This document shows, piece by piece, positions 34,371-43,705 of a stretch of DNA of 49,253 nucleotides. The notes under the pieces were generated by a model that was given only the letters and a program-made list of their open reading frames with translations, was not told where the DNA came from and did no database searches. Where the stretch lies: positions 1 through 49,253 of the forward strand of contig JACOYG010000020.1 in assembly GCA_016181985.1 (NCBI GenBank). The letters are read 5' to 3'. The translations under genes were made by a program, and so were the position numbers. Numbering within the stretch: position 1 is the first letter of the stretch; every line of letters begins with the position of its first letter. This stretch comes from Candidatus Nealsonbacteria bacterium (GTDB lineage Bacteria > Patescibacteriota > Minisyncoccia > Minisyncoccales > MHMH01).

Positions 34371-35751
34371 TCCTCCCAGCGAATTCAAAACGCCGGTTCT
34401 GCCTTTAGGGTTAGCATCCATCGTCGCTTACCTTAAAGAAAAAAATAATGAAATCGGCGTTTTTGTTATTGACGCATGGGCTGAAAATCTGGAATCTGAA
34501 GAATTAAAAGATAGAATAGCAAAAACAGGAGCTGATATTGCCGGTATTTATATGGTGAGCCCGCGCTACGATCAGGCAAAAAAAACCATCGAAATCTGCC
34601 GCCAAGCTCTGCCCGGATCGCTTATTATAGCCGGAGGTCCCCATCCGTCGGCTATGCCTCGAGAAACCCTGGAAGATATTCCCTATTTGGATGTTTGCGC
34701 CATTGGCGAGGGAGAGGAAATAATGCTGGAACTGGCCAATAACAATCCCTTGTCGGACATTAGGGGCATCTCATACAGAAAAAATGGAAATATTGTCACG
34801 ACTCCCGCCAGAGAGCTTATCAATGACCTGGATAGTCTTCCCATACCCGATCGCGAACTCTTTCCTATCGAAAAATATTGCACTCATCCGCCTTATGGGA
34901 GAAAAAAACCGTACTTTACGATGATTACCTCAAGAGGCTGCCCTTTCCGATGCGCTTATTGCTCAAAAGATGTTTTCAGGCAAAATTACCGGGCAAAATC
35001 TCCCGGCAAAGTGTGCGACGAAATCGAAGAACTAATTTTAAAATACGGAGCCAAAGAAACGCATTTTTATGACGATGACTTCACCCTGGACATGAAAAGG
35101 GCGGAAGAAATCTGCAACGAAATAATAAGGCGAAGGATAAAAATTATTTGGTCGTGCACCACCAGAGTTGATCTGGTAAATGAAAACTTGCTAAAAAAAA
35201 TGAAGGAAGCCGGCTGCTGGCTTATATCTTACGGCGTAGAATCCGGCAATCAAAAAATCTTAGACGCCATCAATAAGGGATTCACCGTAAAACAAATAAT
35301 GTCCGCCTTTGAAATGACGAGAAAAATTGGCATATCAACTGTCGGATTTTTTATGGTAGGACTTCCCGGCGAGACCGAAGAAACAATCAAAGAAACGCTC
35401 GCTTTGTCAAAAAAAATAAAGCCGAATTTTGTAAGCTGGGGGATCTTAGTGGCATATCCTGGCAGCAGTTTCTATAAAGACATCCAAGCCGGCAAATATC
35501 GCGGCAGATTGAGGATTTTAGGCAGAGATAAGGGAGAAGATTTAACCGGAACTTTCTTCGGCAAAGGCAATTATATCGTCTTTGAAGATAGTTTGACTTT
35601 TGAACAATTACAGACAATAATTAAAAAGGCGAACTGGGAATTTTATTTTCGTCCAGCTTATCTTTTGCAGGCCGCAAGCTCTATTCGGTCTTTCTCCGAT
35701 TTGAATTATTACTTAAGAGCGGCCGCCGGACTGATACAGTCAATCATATGA
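34327..35751 (+). CDS. B12-binding domain radical SAM protein (class B), paralogue 5
   Basis: Start at ATG 34327 (MMTIKGSHPKILLINPP), chosen by alignment with the paralogue at 37160. GGPHPS, GEGE, SRGCPFRCAYC, YGVESGNQKIL, GLPGETEET. Confidence 0.85.
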   Translation: MMTIKGSHPKILLINPPSEFKTPVLPLGLASIVAYLKEKNNEIGVFVIDAWAENLESEELKDRIAKTGADIAGIYMVSPRYDQAKKTIEICRQALPGSLIIAGGPHPSAMPRETLEDIPYLDVCAIGEGEEIMLELANNNPLSDIRGISYRKNGNIVTTPARELINDLDSLPIPDRELFPIEKYCTHPPYGRKKPYFTMITSRGCPFRCAYCSKDVFRQNYRAKSPGKVCDEIEELILKYGAKETHFYDDDFTLDMKRAEEICNEIIRRRIKIIWSCTTRVDLVNENLLKKMKEAGCWLISYGVESGNQKILDAINKGFTVKQIMSAFEMTRKIGISTVGFFMVGLPGETEETIKETLALSKKIKPNFVSWGILVAYPGSSFYKDIQAGKYRGRLRILGRDKGEDLTGTFFGKGNYIVFEDSLTFEQLQTIIKKANWEFYFRPAYLLQAASSIRSFSDLNYYLRAAAGLIQSII

Positions 35752-37163
35752 TCTTACTCATTGAACCTCCTCATGTCAGCTTAGGAAATATCAGCAGATT
35801 CTACGGGGCCTTTGGCACAAGCAAGGCCGATTTTGTTTGGCCGCCGCTGGAATTAATGAGCATCGCCGGTTATTTAGATAAATTCCAAATAAAAAATGCT
35901 GTTTATGACGCCGGGGGATTGAAAAAAAATTACGGCGATATTCAGGAATTTATTGAAAAAGAAAAACCGGAGATGATTATTTTTTCCACTTCAACCACCG
36001 CTATTTATTCAGATGTGCTCACGGCCGCCAAAGCGAAAGAAATATCCAAAGATATTATTACAGTAGCCGTGGGAACTTTTGTTATGACCCTTCCTAAAGA
36101 AACCCTGGAATTAAACCGATCAATTGACGTTGTCGTTTACAGCGACGACGAGGAAATAGTCGTGAAAAATTTAATTGAATCTCGCGGTAATTTTTCTCAA
36201 GTAAGAGGAATCTGTTACCGAGCAAAAAACGGCGAAATTATAAAAAATCCGCCCCAGGAGGTAATCAAAAATTTAGATGAGCTTGGCTTCCCCGCCCATG
36301 ATAAAATCGAAAAAGAAATTTACCGCGACGCCATGAATAAAAGGTGGCCCATGACTTTAGTTATGGCCCAGCGGGGATGCGTCAACCATTGTTCGTTTTG
36401 CATCTGCCCCGCTTTATATAAATATCGGGAAAGGAGCGTTGAACATGTGCTTGAAGAATTAAAATGGATCGCAAAACTCGGCTATAAAGAATTCAAATTC
36501 GTTAATTCCGGCATTACTTATAACTTGCCATGGATCAATAAATTGACGGATGAAATGATCAAAGCCAAACTTGATCTTACGTGGATGACCAATGTGAGGG
36601 CCGACAGGCTGAACCAGGAAATACTTGACAAGATGAAAATGGCCGGCTGCCATACCTTAGCCATCGGACTTGAAACGGCCAGCCCGGAAATATTAAAAAA
36701 TGTCGGCAAAAATATTACTATCGAAAAAGCGCGGGATGCCGTGATTATGGCAAAAAAAACCGGCCTTAGAACAATCGTCTACTTTATTTTGGGACTGCCC
36801 GGAGAAACAAAAGAAACCCTGCAAAAAACCATTGATTTTGCCAAATCCGTAGGATCGGATTTCGTGACAATGGGCGTAGCCCAGCCCTTGCCCGGCACTA
36901 AATTTTATAATGACTTGAAAGAAAAGGGCCTCCTTTTAACTGACGATTGGTCAAAATACGACCCGATTAAGCCGCCGGTTTATCAATATCCCGATTTAAC
37001 TTCAAAAGAAATTTTCCTGGCCGCCAGAAAAGGCTATCGCCAATTTTATTTAAAGCCGAGCTATATCTTAAAAAGAATAAGCCAAATACGGTCTTTTAAC
37101 GAACTTGGGGATAATTTTAAGAATTTTTTAGGCTTTATTAAGCGCTACGTTCTGCCTCTATGA
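35748..37163 (+). CDS. B12-binding domain radical SAM protein (class B), paralogue 6 (divergent)
   Basis: 471 aa. MILLIEPP, QRGCVNHCSFC, IGLETASPEIL and GLPGETKET. It lacks the GEGE motif (YSDDEE instead). ATGA overlaps at both ends. Confidence 0.8.
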   Translation: MILLIEPPHVSLGNISRFYGAFGTSKADFVWPPLELMSIAGYLDKFQIKNAVYDAGGLKKNYGDIQEFIEKEKPEMIIFSTSTTAIYSDVLTAAKAKEISKDIITVAVGTFVMTLPKETLELNRSIDVVVYSDDEEIVVKNLIESRGNFSQVRGICYRAKNGEIIKNPPQEVIKNLDELGFPAHDKIEKEIYRDAMNKRWPMTLVMAQRGCVNHCSFCICPALYKYRERSVEHVLEELKWIAKLGYKEFKFVNSGITYNLPWINKLTDEMIKAKLDLTWMTNVRADRLNQEILDKMKMAGCHTLAIGLETASPEILKNVGKNITIEKARDAVIMAKKTGLRTIVYFILGLPGETKETLQKTIDFAKSVGSDFVTMGVAQPLPGTKFYNDLKEKGLLLTDDWSKYDPIKPPVYQYPDLTSKEIFLAARKGYRQFYLKPSYILKRISQIRSFNELGDNFKNFLGFIKRYVLPL

Positions 37164-38563
37164 CAAACAAAAAAATTCTTTTTGTTAATCCTCTTAGCGA
37201 ATTTAAAAATCCGATTATGCCTTTAGGGCTGGCTTCTATTGCCGCCTATCTGAAAAATAAGGAAAAAAATATCGACATTCAAGTTATAGACGCCTGGGCG
37301 GAAAACTTAAGCTTTGAAAATTTAAAAATCAGAGTTTCCAAAACTAAGGCCGATGTCATCGGCATCTATATGCTCAGCCCTCGCTACGACCAAGCAAAAA
37401 AAACCATTGAGGTTTGCAGGCAAGCCCTGCCCAACTCCCTGATCATGGCCGGAGGCCCGCACGCCTCGGCTCTGCCGGTTGAGACATTACAAGAAATTCC
37501 CCAGCTGGATATCGCCGCTGTCGGCGAAGGCGAAATCACTATGCTGGAATTGATTTCCGGCCTTCCTTATTCAAAAATTGACGGCATCGCTTATAGGGAA
37601 AACGGAGAAATAAAAACGACCAAGCCCAGAGACTTTATAAAAAACCTCGATGAACTGCCTTTTCCTAACAGGGATCTTTTCCCGTTGAAAAAATACATCT
37701 CCCCGCCCCCTTACGGCAGAAAAAATCCTTATTTCATTATGATTACCGGCCGCGGCTGCCCTTTCCATTGCGCCTATTGCTGTAAAAATGTTTTCAACGA
37801 CAATTACCGCGCCAGATCTCCTAAGAATGTCTGCGAAGAAATAGAGAACTTGATTGTAAAATACGGCGCCAAGGAAATAATGTTCACCGATGACGATTTT
37901 ACCTTAAATATGAAAAGAGCCGAGGAAATCTGCGACGAAATGATAAAAAGAGGCATAAAAATACGCTGGTCTTGCTTGACGCGGGTTGATTTGGTGACAG
38001 AGCGCCTTTTAAATAAAATGAAAAATGCCGGCTGCTGGCTGATAGCTTACGGACTGGAATCCGGCAATCAGGCAATTTTAGACACGGTTGATAAGGGCAT
38101 TAAAATAAGCCAAATAATCTCCGCCTTTGAGATAACCAGAAAAGCGGGCATCATGATTTACGCCAGCTTTGTCGTCGGCCTGCCGGGCGAAACCAAAGAA
38201 ACCATCAACGATACCTTTAATCTAGTCAAAAAAGTGAAGCCGAATTTTATCAGCGGCACGACTCTGATAGTTTATCCGGGCAGCCGTTTCGCCAAATTAA
38301 TTCAAGAGGGGCATTACAAGGGAAAAACAAGAACTCTGAAAAAAAATGAAGGCATGCCCGGTTTTTCCTATAAGGGAAACTATACCATCTTTGAGGATAA
38401 ATTGACTTACGAGGAATTGAGAGAAGCCGTAAAAATAAACGAAAGAAATTTTTATTTCAGACCGCAATATATCCTTCAAACCCTGAAGGATATTAGGTCT
38501 TTTTCTGACGCTGTCTATTTTTTTAAAGCCGGGTTCGCTGTCATGCGGTCTTTTTTAAAATAA
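37160..38563 (+). CDS. B12-binding domain radical SAM protein (class B), paralogue 7 (close copy of paralogue 5)
   Basis: 467 aa. KILFVNP, GGPHAS, GEGE, GRGCPFHCAYC and YGLESGNQAIL. Long blocks are identical to 34327..35751. Confidence 0.85.
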   Translation: MTNKKILFVNPLSEFKNPIMPLGLASIAAYLKNKEKNIDIQVIDAWAENLSFENLKIRVSKTKADVIGIYMLSPRYDQAKKTIEVCRQALPNSLIMAGGPHASALPVETLQEIPQLDIAAVGEGEITMLELISGLPYSKIDGIAYRENGEIKTTKPRDFIKNLDELPFPNRDLFPLKKYISPPPYGRKNPYFIMITGRGCPFHCAYCCKNVFNDNYRARSPKNVCEEIENLIVKYGAKEIMFTDDDFTLNMKRAEEICDEMIKRGIKIRWSCLTRVDLVTERLLNKMKNAGCWLIAYGLESGNQAILDTVDKGIKISQIISAFEITRKAGIMIYASFVVGLPGETKETINDTFNLVKKVKPNFISGTTLIVYPGSRFAKLIQEGHYKGKTRTLKKNEGMPGFSYKGNYTIFEDKLTYEELREAVKINERNFYFRPQYILQTLKDIRSFSDAVYFFKAGFAVMRSFLK

Positions 38564-39501
38564 TTAACGAAAATCAATCCAAGCAAGCCCGAAATGAAAA
38601 GGGTGCCCGTCAAAAATACTCTGGCTAAAATAACCGAGCTGGCCGCTGAAACCGTAGAGTATCCGAATAAACCAAAAAGATAAGCTACGCCTACTTCAAT
38701 TACGCCTATCCCCCCGGGGATAAAGGTCGCGAAAGTAGCGGCTCCCGTAACCATGGAAATCGAGGCGGAAATTAAAAATGGCGCAGGAAAAACTGAATTA
38801 TACATCAGATAAGACGATGATATCTCGAAAAACCAGCAAAGAACGGTGAGAGGCGTTAAAAATAAATACGCCTTTTTATTTTTTAACAACGGCAGGGCAT
38901 CGTAAAAAGCGTCCGTCTCTTTTTCCGCGAATCTTATAATTCTGAAGAATTTTAACATTCTCAAAGTTATTCTTTTTGAAATAAGGGCCGCGACCATCAA
39001 AAACAGCGCTAAAAAAATCACGGCAAGCGCTCCTCTGAAAAAACGCAGGAGCAAATCATTTTGGATGCCGGAGTTTAATATGTAAACAATGGAGGCCGTT
39101 AAAACAAGAGTAAAAATAGCCAATTCAAAAAATCTGTCCAAAACAATTACGGAAAATCCGCGGCCAACCGGTATTTTAAAATACTTATTAAATAAAACCG
39201 GGGTTATCGCCTCGCCTGATTTTAAGGGAGTGATGCTGCCCATCAGGGAATTGAACAAATAAATTGGCAGGAATTGCCTGTATTTTATTTTATTTTCAAA
39301 AATCCTGACCATTAAAAACCATTTCAGCGACCGCGTTGCGATCAATAATATGTAAACAAAAACGGCCGAAACTATGTAATATAATTTCGCTTCAGAAAAC
39401 GCTTTAACGATTTCCGACGGCCCCACCCGGTAAATCAGGAAGAAGAGAAGACCGAGGCCGATTAAAAAAATAATTAATTTGGCGATTTTTGATAAGCTCA
39501 T
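38515..39501 (-). CDS. Flippase-like membrane protein (LPG-synthase TM / UPF0104-type domain)
   Basis: Start set at ATG 39501 (MSLSKIAKLII), an ATGA overlap with the stop of 39498..40850. About 8 TM helices. The N-terminus ...LFFLIYRVGPSEIVKAFSEAKLYYIVSAVFVYILLIATRSLKW is typical of this family. The 3' end overlaps the convergent gene 37160..38563 by 49 nt. Confidence 0.65.
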   Translation of the reverse strand: MSLSKIAKLIIFLIGLGLLFFLIYRVGPSEIVKAFSEAKLYYIVSAVFVYILLIATRSLKWFLMVRIFENKIKYRQFLPIYLFNSLMGSITPLKSGEAITPVLFNKYFKIPVGRGFSVIVLDRFFELAIFTLVLTASIVYILNSGIQNDLLLRFFRGALAVIFLALFLMVAALISKRITLRMLKFFRIIRFAEKETDAFYDALPLLKNKKAYLFLTPLTVLCWFFEISSSYLMYNSVFPAPFLISASISMVTGAATFATFIPGGIGVIEVGVAYLFGLFGYSTVSAASSVILARVFLTGTLFISGLLGLIFVNYFKKDRMTANPALKK

Positions 39502-40850
39502 TTCAAATATTTTACGAATCTCAAAATGTCCATCAACTGTCCGAAATTTCTGATGCTTAAAATAGTCCTCAGCCAAAGAGACGGCCTTAAATAAAATTTT
39601 CTATAAATATATTTTTGGGCCAAAACCAATTCCCGCGAAGTAAGATATTCGGTCCGCAGGGCGGGCATCTGGCCGGCGCAGTAACCATCGTATCCGGAAA
39701 AAGAATAATCCTCAACGAGCAATCCCTTTTCTTTTATTTCGTCGTAAAGTTTTGTGCCGGGATATGGAGTCAAAATAACAAACTGGGCTCGGTGCGGGTT
39801 TATTTTTTTAGCGGCATCGAGAGTTTGTTTCACCGTTTCCATTGATTCTTCGGGCATGCCCAGCATAAAGGAAGCGGTAACTTTAATGCCGTTTTTTTGG
39901 CAAAAATCAACCGCCTCCATCGCTTTGGTTAAGGTAGTTCCTTTATTAGCTTCTTTCAGTAGTCCTTCGGAACCGCATTCTATGCCGAACATCACATTCC
40001 AACAGCCGGCTTTTTTCATCATTTTGATTGTTTCTTCATCAAGCGTATCAGCCCTGCCGTTGCAGGACCACTCAAACTTCAATCCTTTTTCAATAATCAT
40101 TTTGCAAAGACTCTTAACTCTCTCCCTGTCTGCGGTAAAAGTTTCATCAAAAAAATAAATACTCCTTATGCCTAAATTTAACAGATGCTTTATCTCTTCT
40201 AAAATTTTCGAGGCGCTTTTAAATTTCCAAATTTTACCGTATCCCCTGTCCACCGTAGCTCCTCCGATAATGCAAAAATTACAGCGATTCGGACAGCCAA
40301 CGCTGGTAATCAAGGAAGCAAACGGTTTTTTTCTCGTAAAACTCAAAGAAAAATATTTTTTAACGGGCAATAAATCGTAGGCCGGTAAGGGATGATTCTC
40401 AATTTCCGCTATTCCTGGAAATCCCAATAAACCGGGAATTTCCAAAAGCGGCTCCCTGCTTACCAAATAATCTATTTTCGGAAAATTTTGCCTCACTCGC
40501 TCGGGCATGGCCGGAGAAATGTGAGAATCCAATAAAATAGTTTTAATCTGATCATCAGCTTCTTTGGCGATTTTGGCGATTTGCGCGTCAGCGGTGAAAG
40601 TAGTCGGTGAGATTGTAAAAATAACGGCTTGGGGCTTAAATTGCCTGATTTCAGTTTCAATATCTTTGAAATTTCTGTCCAGGGCATTGGCGTCTAAAAT
40701 TTTAACTTCGGCGTATTGCCTCAAAACTCCCGCTAAATAAGCGAGCTCGATCGGCGGAAATATTGAAACGGTCGCCAAATTGGCGCAGCGCATTTCCCTC
40801 ACTACCGCGTGGCCGTTAAATCTCGGCGGATTAATAAGCAAGATACGCAT
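39498..40850 (-). CDS. B12-binding domain radical SAM protein (class B), paralogue 8
   Basis: 450 aa. MRILLINPP, SVGCPNRCNFC, FGIECGSEGLL, LGMPEESMET and TPYPGTKLY. No GEGE motif. Confidence 0.8.
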   Translation of the reverse strand: MRILLINPPRFNGHAVVREMRCANLATVSIFPPIELAYLAGVLRQYAEVKILDANALDRNFKDIETEIRQFKPQAVIFTISPTTFTADAQIAKIAKEADDQIKTILLDSHISPAMPERVRQNFPKIDYLVSREPLLEIPGLLGFPGIAEIENHPLPAYDLLPVKKYFSLSFTRKKPFASLITSVGCPNRCNFCIIGGATVDRGYGKIWKFKSASKILEEIKHLLNLGIRSIYFFDETFTADRERVKSLCKMIIEKGLKFEWSCNGRADTLDEETIKMMKKAGCWNVMFGIECGSEGLLKEANKGTTLTKAMEAVDFCQKNGIKVTASFMLGMPEESMETVKQTLDAAKKINPHRAQFVILTPYPGTKLYDEIKEKGLLVEDYSFSGYDGYCAGQMPALRTEYLTSRELVLAQKYIYRKFYLRPSLWLRTILSIRNFGQLMDILRFVKYLK

Positions 40851-40863
40851 ATTAATAAAAAAA

Positions 40864-42255
40864 TTAAATAGAAATCTTCTTAATTACGGCAAAAACTCCC
40901 CTTCTTTCGCTCCAGAGTAATTTTAAAAATTCCCAAAACCTCCTGTTTTTAAAATAAAACAAACAATATCCCATTACCTGAAGTTTCTCCATCTCTTTTC
41001 TGGACAATGTCGTAAGTTCCAAGCTGGAGCCGATGGTTTTATTGAAGTCGGCCCAATCCGAAGAAATTATCCGATAATTTCCTTCTCCCTTAAGGGCCAT
41101 TTCATATATTCTTGTGCCCGGATACGGAACCATAATACCGAAGGCAATGCTGGAAGTATTTAATTTAGCGGCGAATCTTACGGTATCTAAAGCGGTTTCT
41201 CTGGTCTCATTGGGATGTCCGATGATGAAAAAACTGCTGGTTTTAAGTCCCGCCTTTTTAGCTAAAAAAACGCTTTCCTCGGCTTTTTTCAGCGTTATGC
41301 CTTTGCCCGTTTTCTTGAGAATTTCTTCGTTGCCCGATTCCACTCCGAATCCTATTCTGGAACAACCGGCCGCTTTAAGTTTTTGAAGCAATGGCTCATC
41401 TACCAAATCCACTCTGGTGGTTACGATTAATTTTACCTTCCGATTAAGATTACTTTCAATCAACCCCGACAATAAAGCATCCGTTTGTTCTTTGTCTATG
41501 CCGAAACTTTCGTCATGAATATTGAATATATTGGCTCCGTACCGTTCTACGCCTAATTTAATCTCTTGCAAAATCATTTTGGGGCTGCGCTTCCTGATCA
41601 TACGGCCGGAAATTCTCATGCAGAAATTGCAATCAAAGGGACAGCCTCGAACGGTTAATAATGGATATTCTTCGCTCAAGGGAAACATATCCCATGCCGG
41701 AAAAGGCAGAGAATCCAAATCTGCTAAAAAATAGCGCTGCCCGTTAAAAACAATCCGGCCCGAAGGCGAGCGGAAAACCAGGCCGGCCACTTTGGAAAAA
41801 TCTCCTTTCTGAAAAATAGCATTAACCGTTTCTAAAAAAGTAATTTCTCCTTCGCCGGCGACTAACATATCAAATTCAGGGAACTGTTCTAGGGTTGCTT
41901 CGGGCAGAGCGGTAGCATGCGGACCGCCTAAAACAATTAAAACGCCCGGGAAAAATTCCTTTGCCAAGCGAGCCACCCGAGCGGCTTGCTTCACTTCGTG
42001 GGTAAAAGCGGTTATGCCTATTATGCCGGGATTATATTGCTTTAACCGCTGCTTTAATCCTTCCATGTTTATATCTTCAAATTTGGCGTCTATTGCCCGG
42101 CATTCAAAACCGCTCTGCCTTAAATAAGCGCTGATATAAGCCAGCCCTATGTGAGGATAGTCGGTATGATCGTGGGGATCGCGCCTGATAAAAGGCGGGG
42201 GATTTATCAATAAAATCTCCTCCCTTATTTTTGTTCCGTTTTCGTGGTGAGCCAT
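40864..42255 (-). CDS. B12-binding domain radical SAM protein (class B), paralogue 9
   Basis: 463 aa. ILLINPPP, GGPHAT, GEGE, VRGCPFDCNFC, FGVESGNEEIL and VPYPGTRIY. Confidence 0.85.
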   Translation of the reverse strand: MAHHENGTKIREEILLINPPPFIRRDPHDHTDYPHIGLAYISAYLRQSGFECRAIDAKFEDINMEGLKQRLKQYNPGIIGITAFTHEVKQAARVARLAKEFFPGVLIVLGGPHATALPEATLEQFPEFDMLVAGEGEITFLETVNAIFQKGDFSKVAGLVFRSPSGRIVFNGQRYFLADLDSLPFPAWDMFPLSEEYPLLTVRGCPFDCNFCMRISGRMIRKRSPKMILQEIKLGVERYGANIFNIHDESFGIDKEQTDALLSGLIESNLNRKVKLIVTTRVDLVDEPLLQKLKAAGCSRIGFGVESGNEEILKKTGKGITLKKAEESVFLAKKAGLKTSSFFIIGHPNETRETALDTVRFAAKLNTSSIAFGIMVPYPGTRIYEMALKGEGNYRIISSDWADFNKTIGSSLELTTLSRKEMEKLQVMGYCLFYFKNRRFWEFLKLLWSERRGVFAVIKKISI

Positions 42256-43649
42256 TTTTTTATGGTTTTGCGATGCTTAAAAACTGTTCTTAAAAGATTG
42301 AAGGGGTGTCTTAAAAAATAAGCGAATTTGGCTCTCTTCACATAACTATAAATTTGCTCATAGGTCAAATCCGGCTGCTCAAAAACCGGCATAAAAATAC
42401 AGGGATCCAGGGGCGGGTAAGACCTGTCCCTTTCGTAATACTTTGCCCAAGAAAAATTTTGAGGCAGGGTTCCCATTTCTTTGGCCATCGTTTCCAATTC
42501 CGTGCCGGGGTAAATTACGGATATCCCCTGGGTGGTGCCCTCAACTCCTAAATTATAATACAAATATCGGCTTAAAAAAACCGTCTTTTTAATATCCTCG
42601 TAAGTTTCTCCCGGCAGACCATGCATAAAAAAAGCCTTGAGGCCGATGCCCGCTTTTTTGATAATTTTTGCGGCCTCAATCGCCTGCTCCACGGTTATGC
42701 TTTTTTTAATATTTTTCAAAATCCTGTCGCTGCCCGATTCAACGCCAAGGTCAATAAATTCGCAGCCGGCTTTTTTCATGGCCATGATAATTTCCTCATC
42801 AACGGTATTGGCCCTCACTTCGCATTCCCAGACAAAATTAAGCTTTCTCTTTACGATTTCATCGCATATCGCCAAAACCCTTTTTTTATCCATAGTCAGA
42901 ACATCATCAAAAAATCTTATTCCCTCAATAAAGGAGTACTCTTTCAAGATGAGCTCGATTTCATCAACCACATTCTTGGGCGACCTGTGCCTGATTTGAT
43001 GCCCCCATTGTTCCGAAGTTGAGCAATAAACGCACCAATAGGGACATCCGCGGCTGGTCATCACGTTTAATGTCCTTTTATTTGATAAAGTAGTGGTCTT
43101 GTCGTATTTTTCTATGGGCAAAAGGTCCCTGGCCGGCAAGGGCAAACCGTCTAAATCATGGATCGGCAATTCCGGAGGATTATGAACAATCATTCCATCT
43201 TTATTGCGGAAAGAGATGCCTTTAACGCCTGAAAAATCTTTCCCCGCTTCAATGCTTTTAACTAAATTCAAAAAAGAAATTTCTCCTTCACCTCTCACGA
43301 TAACGTCAATTTCTGGAATATTTTCCAGGGTATCTTGGGGAGTAAGGGTCGGATGGGGGCCGCCGGCCGCAATGGGAGCTTTCGGGAATTCTTTTTTGAT
43401 TAATCTTGCCAATTCAAAGGCCGAAAATCTGATCTGCGTGCCAAAAGATATGCCGATTAAATCCGGCCCCTCTTTTTTCAGCAATTCAATAATGTTTTCA
43501 TTGGAATAATGGTTAGCCATGCTGTCAATTAAAACGATATCCTTAAAGCCGTTTTGCCTTAAAAACGCGGCCAGCCAAGCAATGCCGAGAGGCGGCATGC
43601 TTTGTTTTGTCTGGTAAATATTCGGGGGAAAAATTAAAACAATTTTCAT
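42225..43649 (-). CDS. B12-binding domain radical SAM protein (class B), paralogue 10
   Basis: Track start 43676 is the ATG at the centre of palindrome copy D. I use ATG 43649 (MKIVLIFPP), consistent with the paralogue N-termini. GGPHPT, GEGE, SRGCPYWCVYC, LGVESGSDRIL. Confidence 0.85.
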   Translation of the reverse strand: MKIVLIFPPNIYQTKQSMPPLGIAWLAAFLRQNGFKDIVLIDSMANHYSNENIIELLKKEGPDLIGISFGTQIRFSAFELARLIKKEFPKAPIAAGGPHPTLTPQDTLENIPEIDVIVRGEGEISFLNLVKSIEAGKDFSGVKGISFRNKDGMIVHNPPELPIHDLDGLPLPARDLLPIEKYDKTTTLSNKRTLNVMTSRGCPYWCVYCSTSEQWGHQIRHRSPKNVVDEIELILKEYSFIEGIRFFDDVLTMDKKRVLAICDEIVKRKLNFVWECEVRANTVDEEIIMAMKKAGCEFIDLGVESGSDRILKNIKKSITVEQAIEAAKIIKKAGIGLKAFFMHGLPGETYEDIKKTVFLSRYLYYNLGVEGTTQGISVIYPGTELETMAKEMGTLPQNFSWAKYYERDRSYPPLDPCIFMPVFEQPDLTYEQIYSYVKRAKFAYFLRHPFNLLRTVFKHRKTIKKWLTTKTEQK

Positions 43650-43659
43650 CTTGTATCTA

Positions 43660-43691
43660 TATCCGTTCCTTGCCATGGCAAGGAACGGATA
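43660..43691. repeat. Cistron-junction palindrome, copy D (type I): perfect 32-nt dyad TATCCGTTCCTTGCCATGGCAAGGAACGGATA
   Basis: Read directly. It lies between the stop at 43706 and the start at 43649 of two radical SAM genes. It differs from copy A only at one symmetric position pair (T..A versus G..C). Confidence 0.9.
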
Positions 43692-43705
43692 GTATTCTAA
43701 CTTTA

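Noticed and set aside
43650-43676. N-terminal extension MARNGYRYK of the ORF-track call 42225..43676
   Set aside because: These codons are simply the translation of palindrome copy D, starting at the ATG of its CCATGG centre. All paralogues start at M(K/R)I(L/V)LI..PP, so ATG 43649 is the credible start.
12-43691. The CCATGG-centred palindromes as a CRISPR array or as CRISPR repeats
   Set aside because: The four copies are dispersed over 43 kb, not regularly spaced with short spacers. No cas gene set is present.
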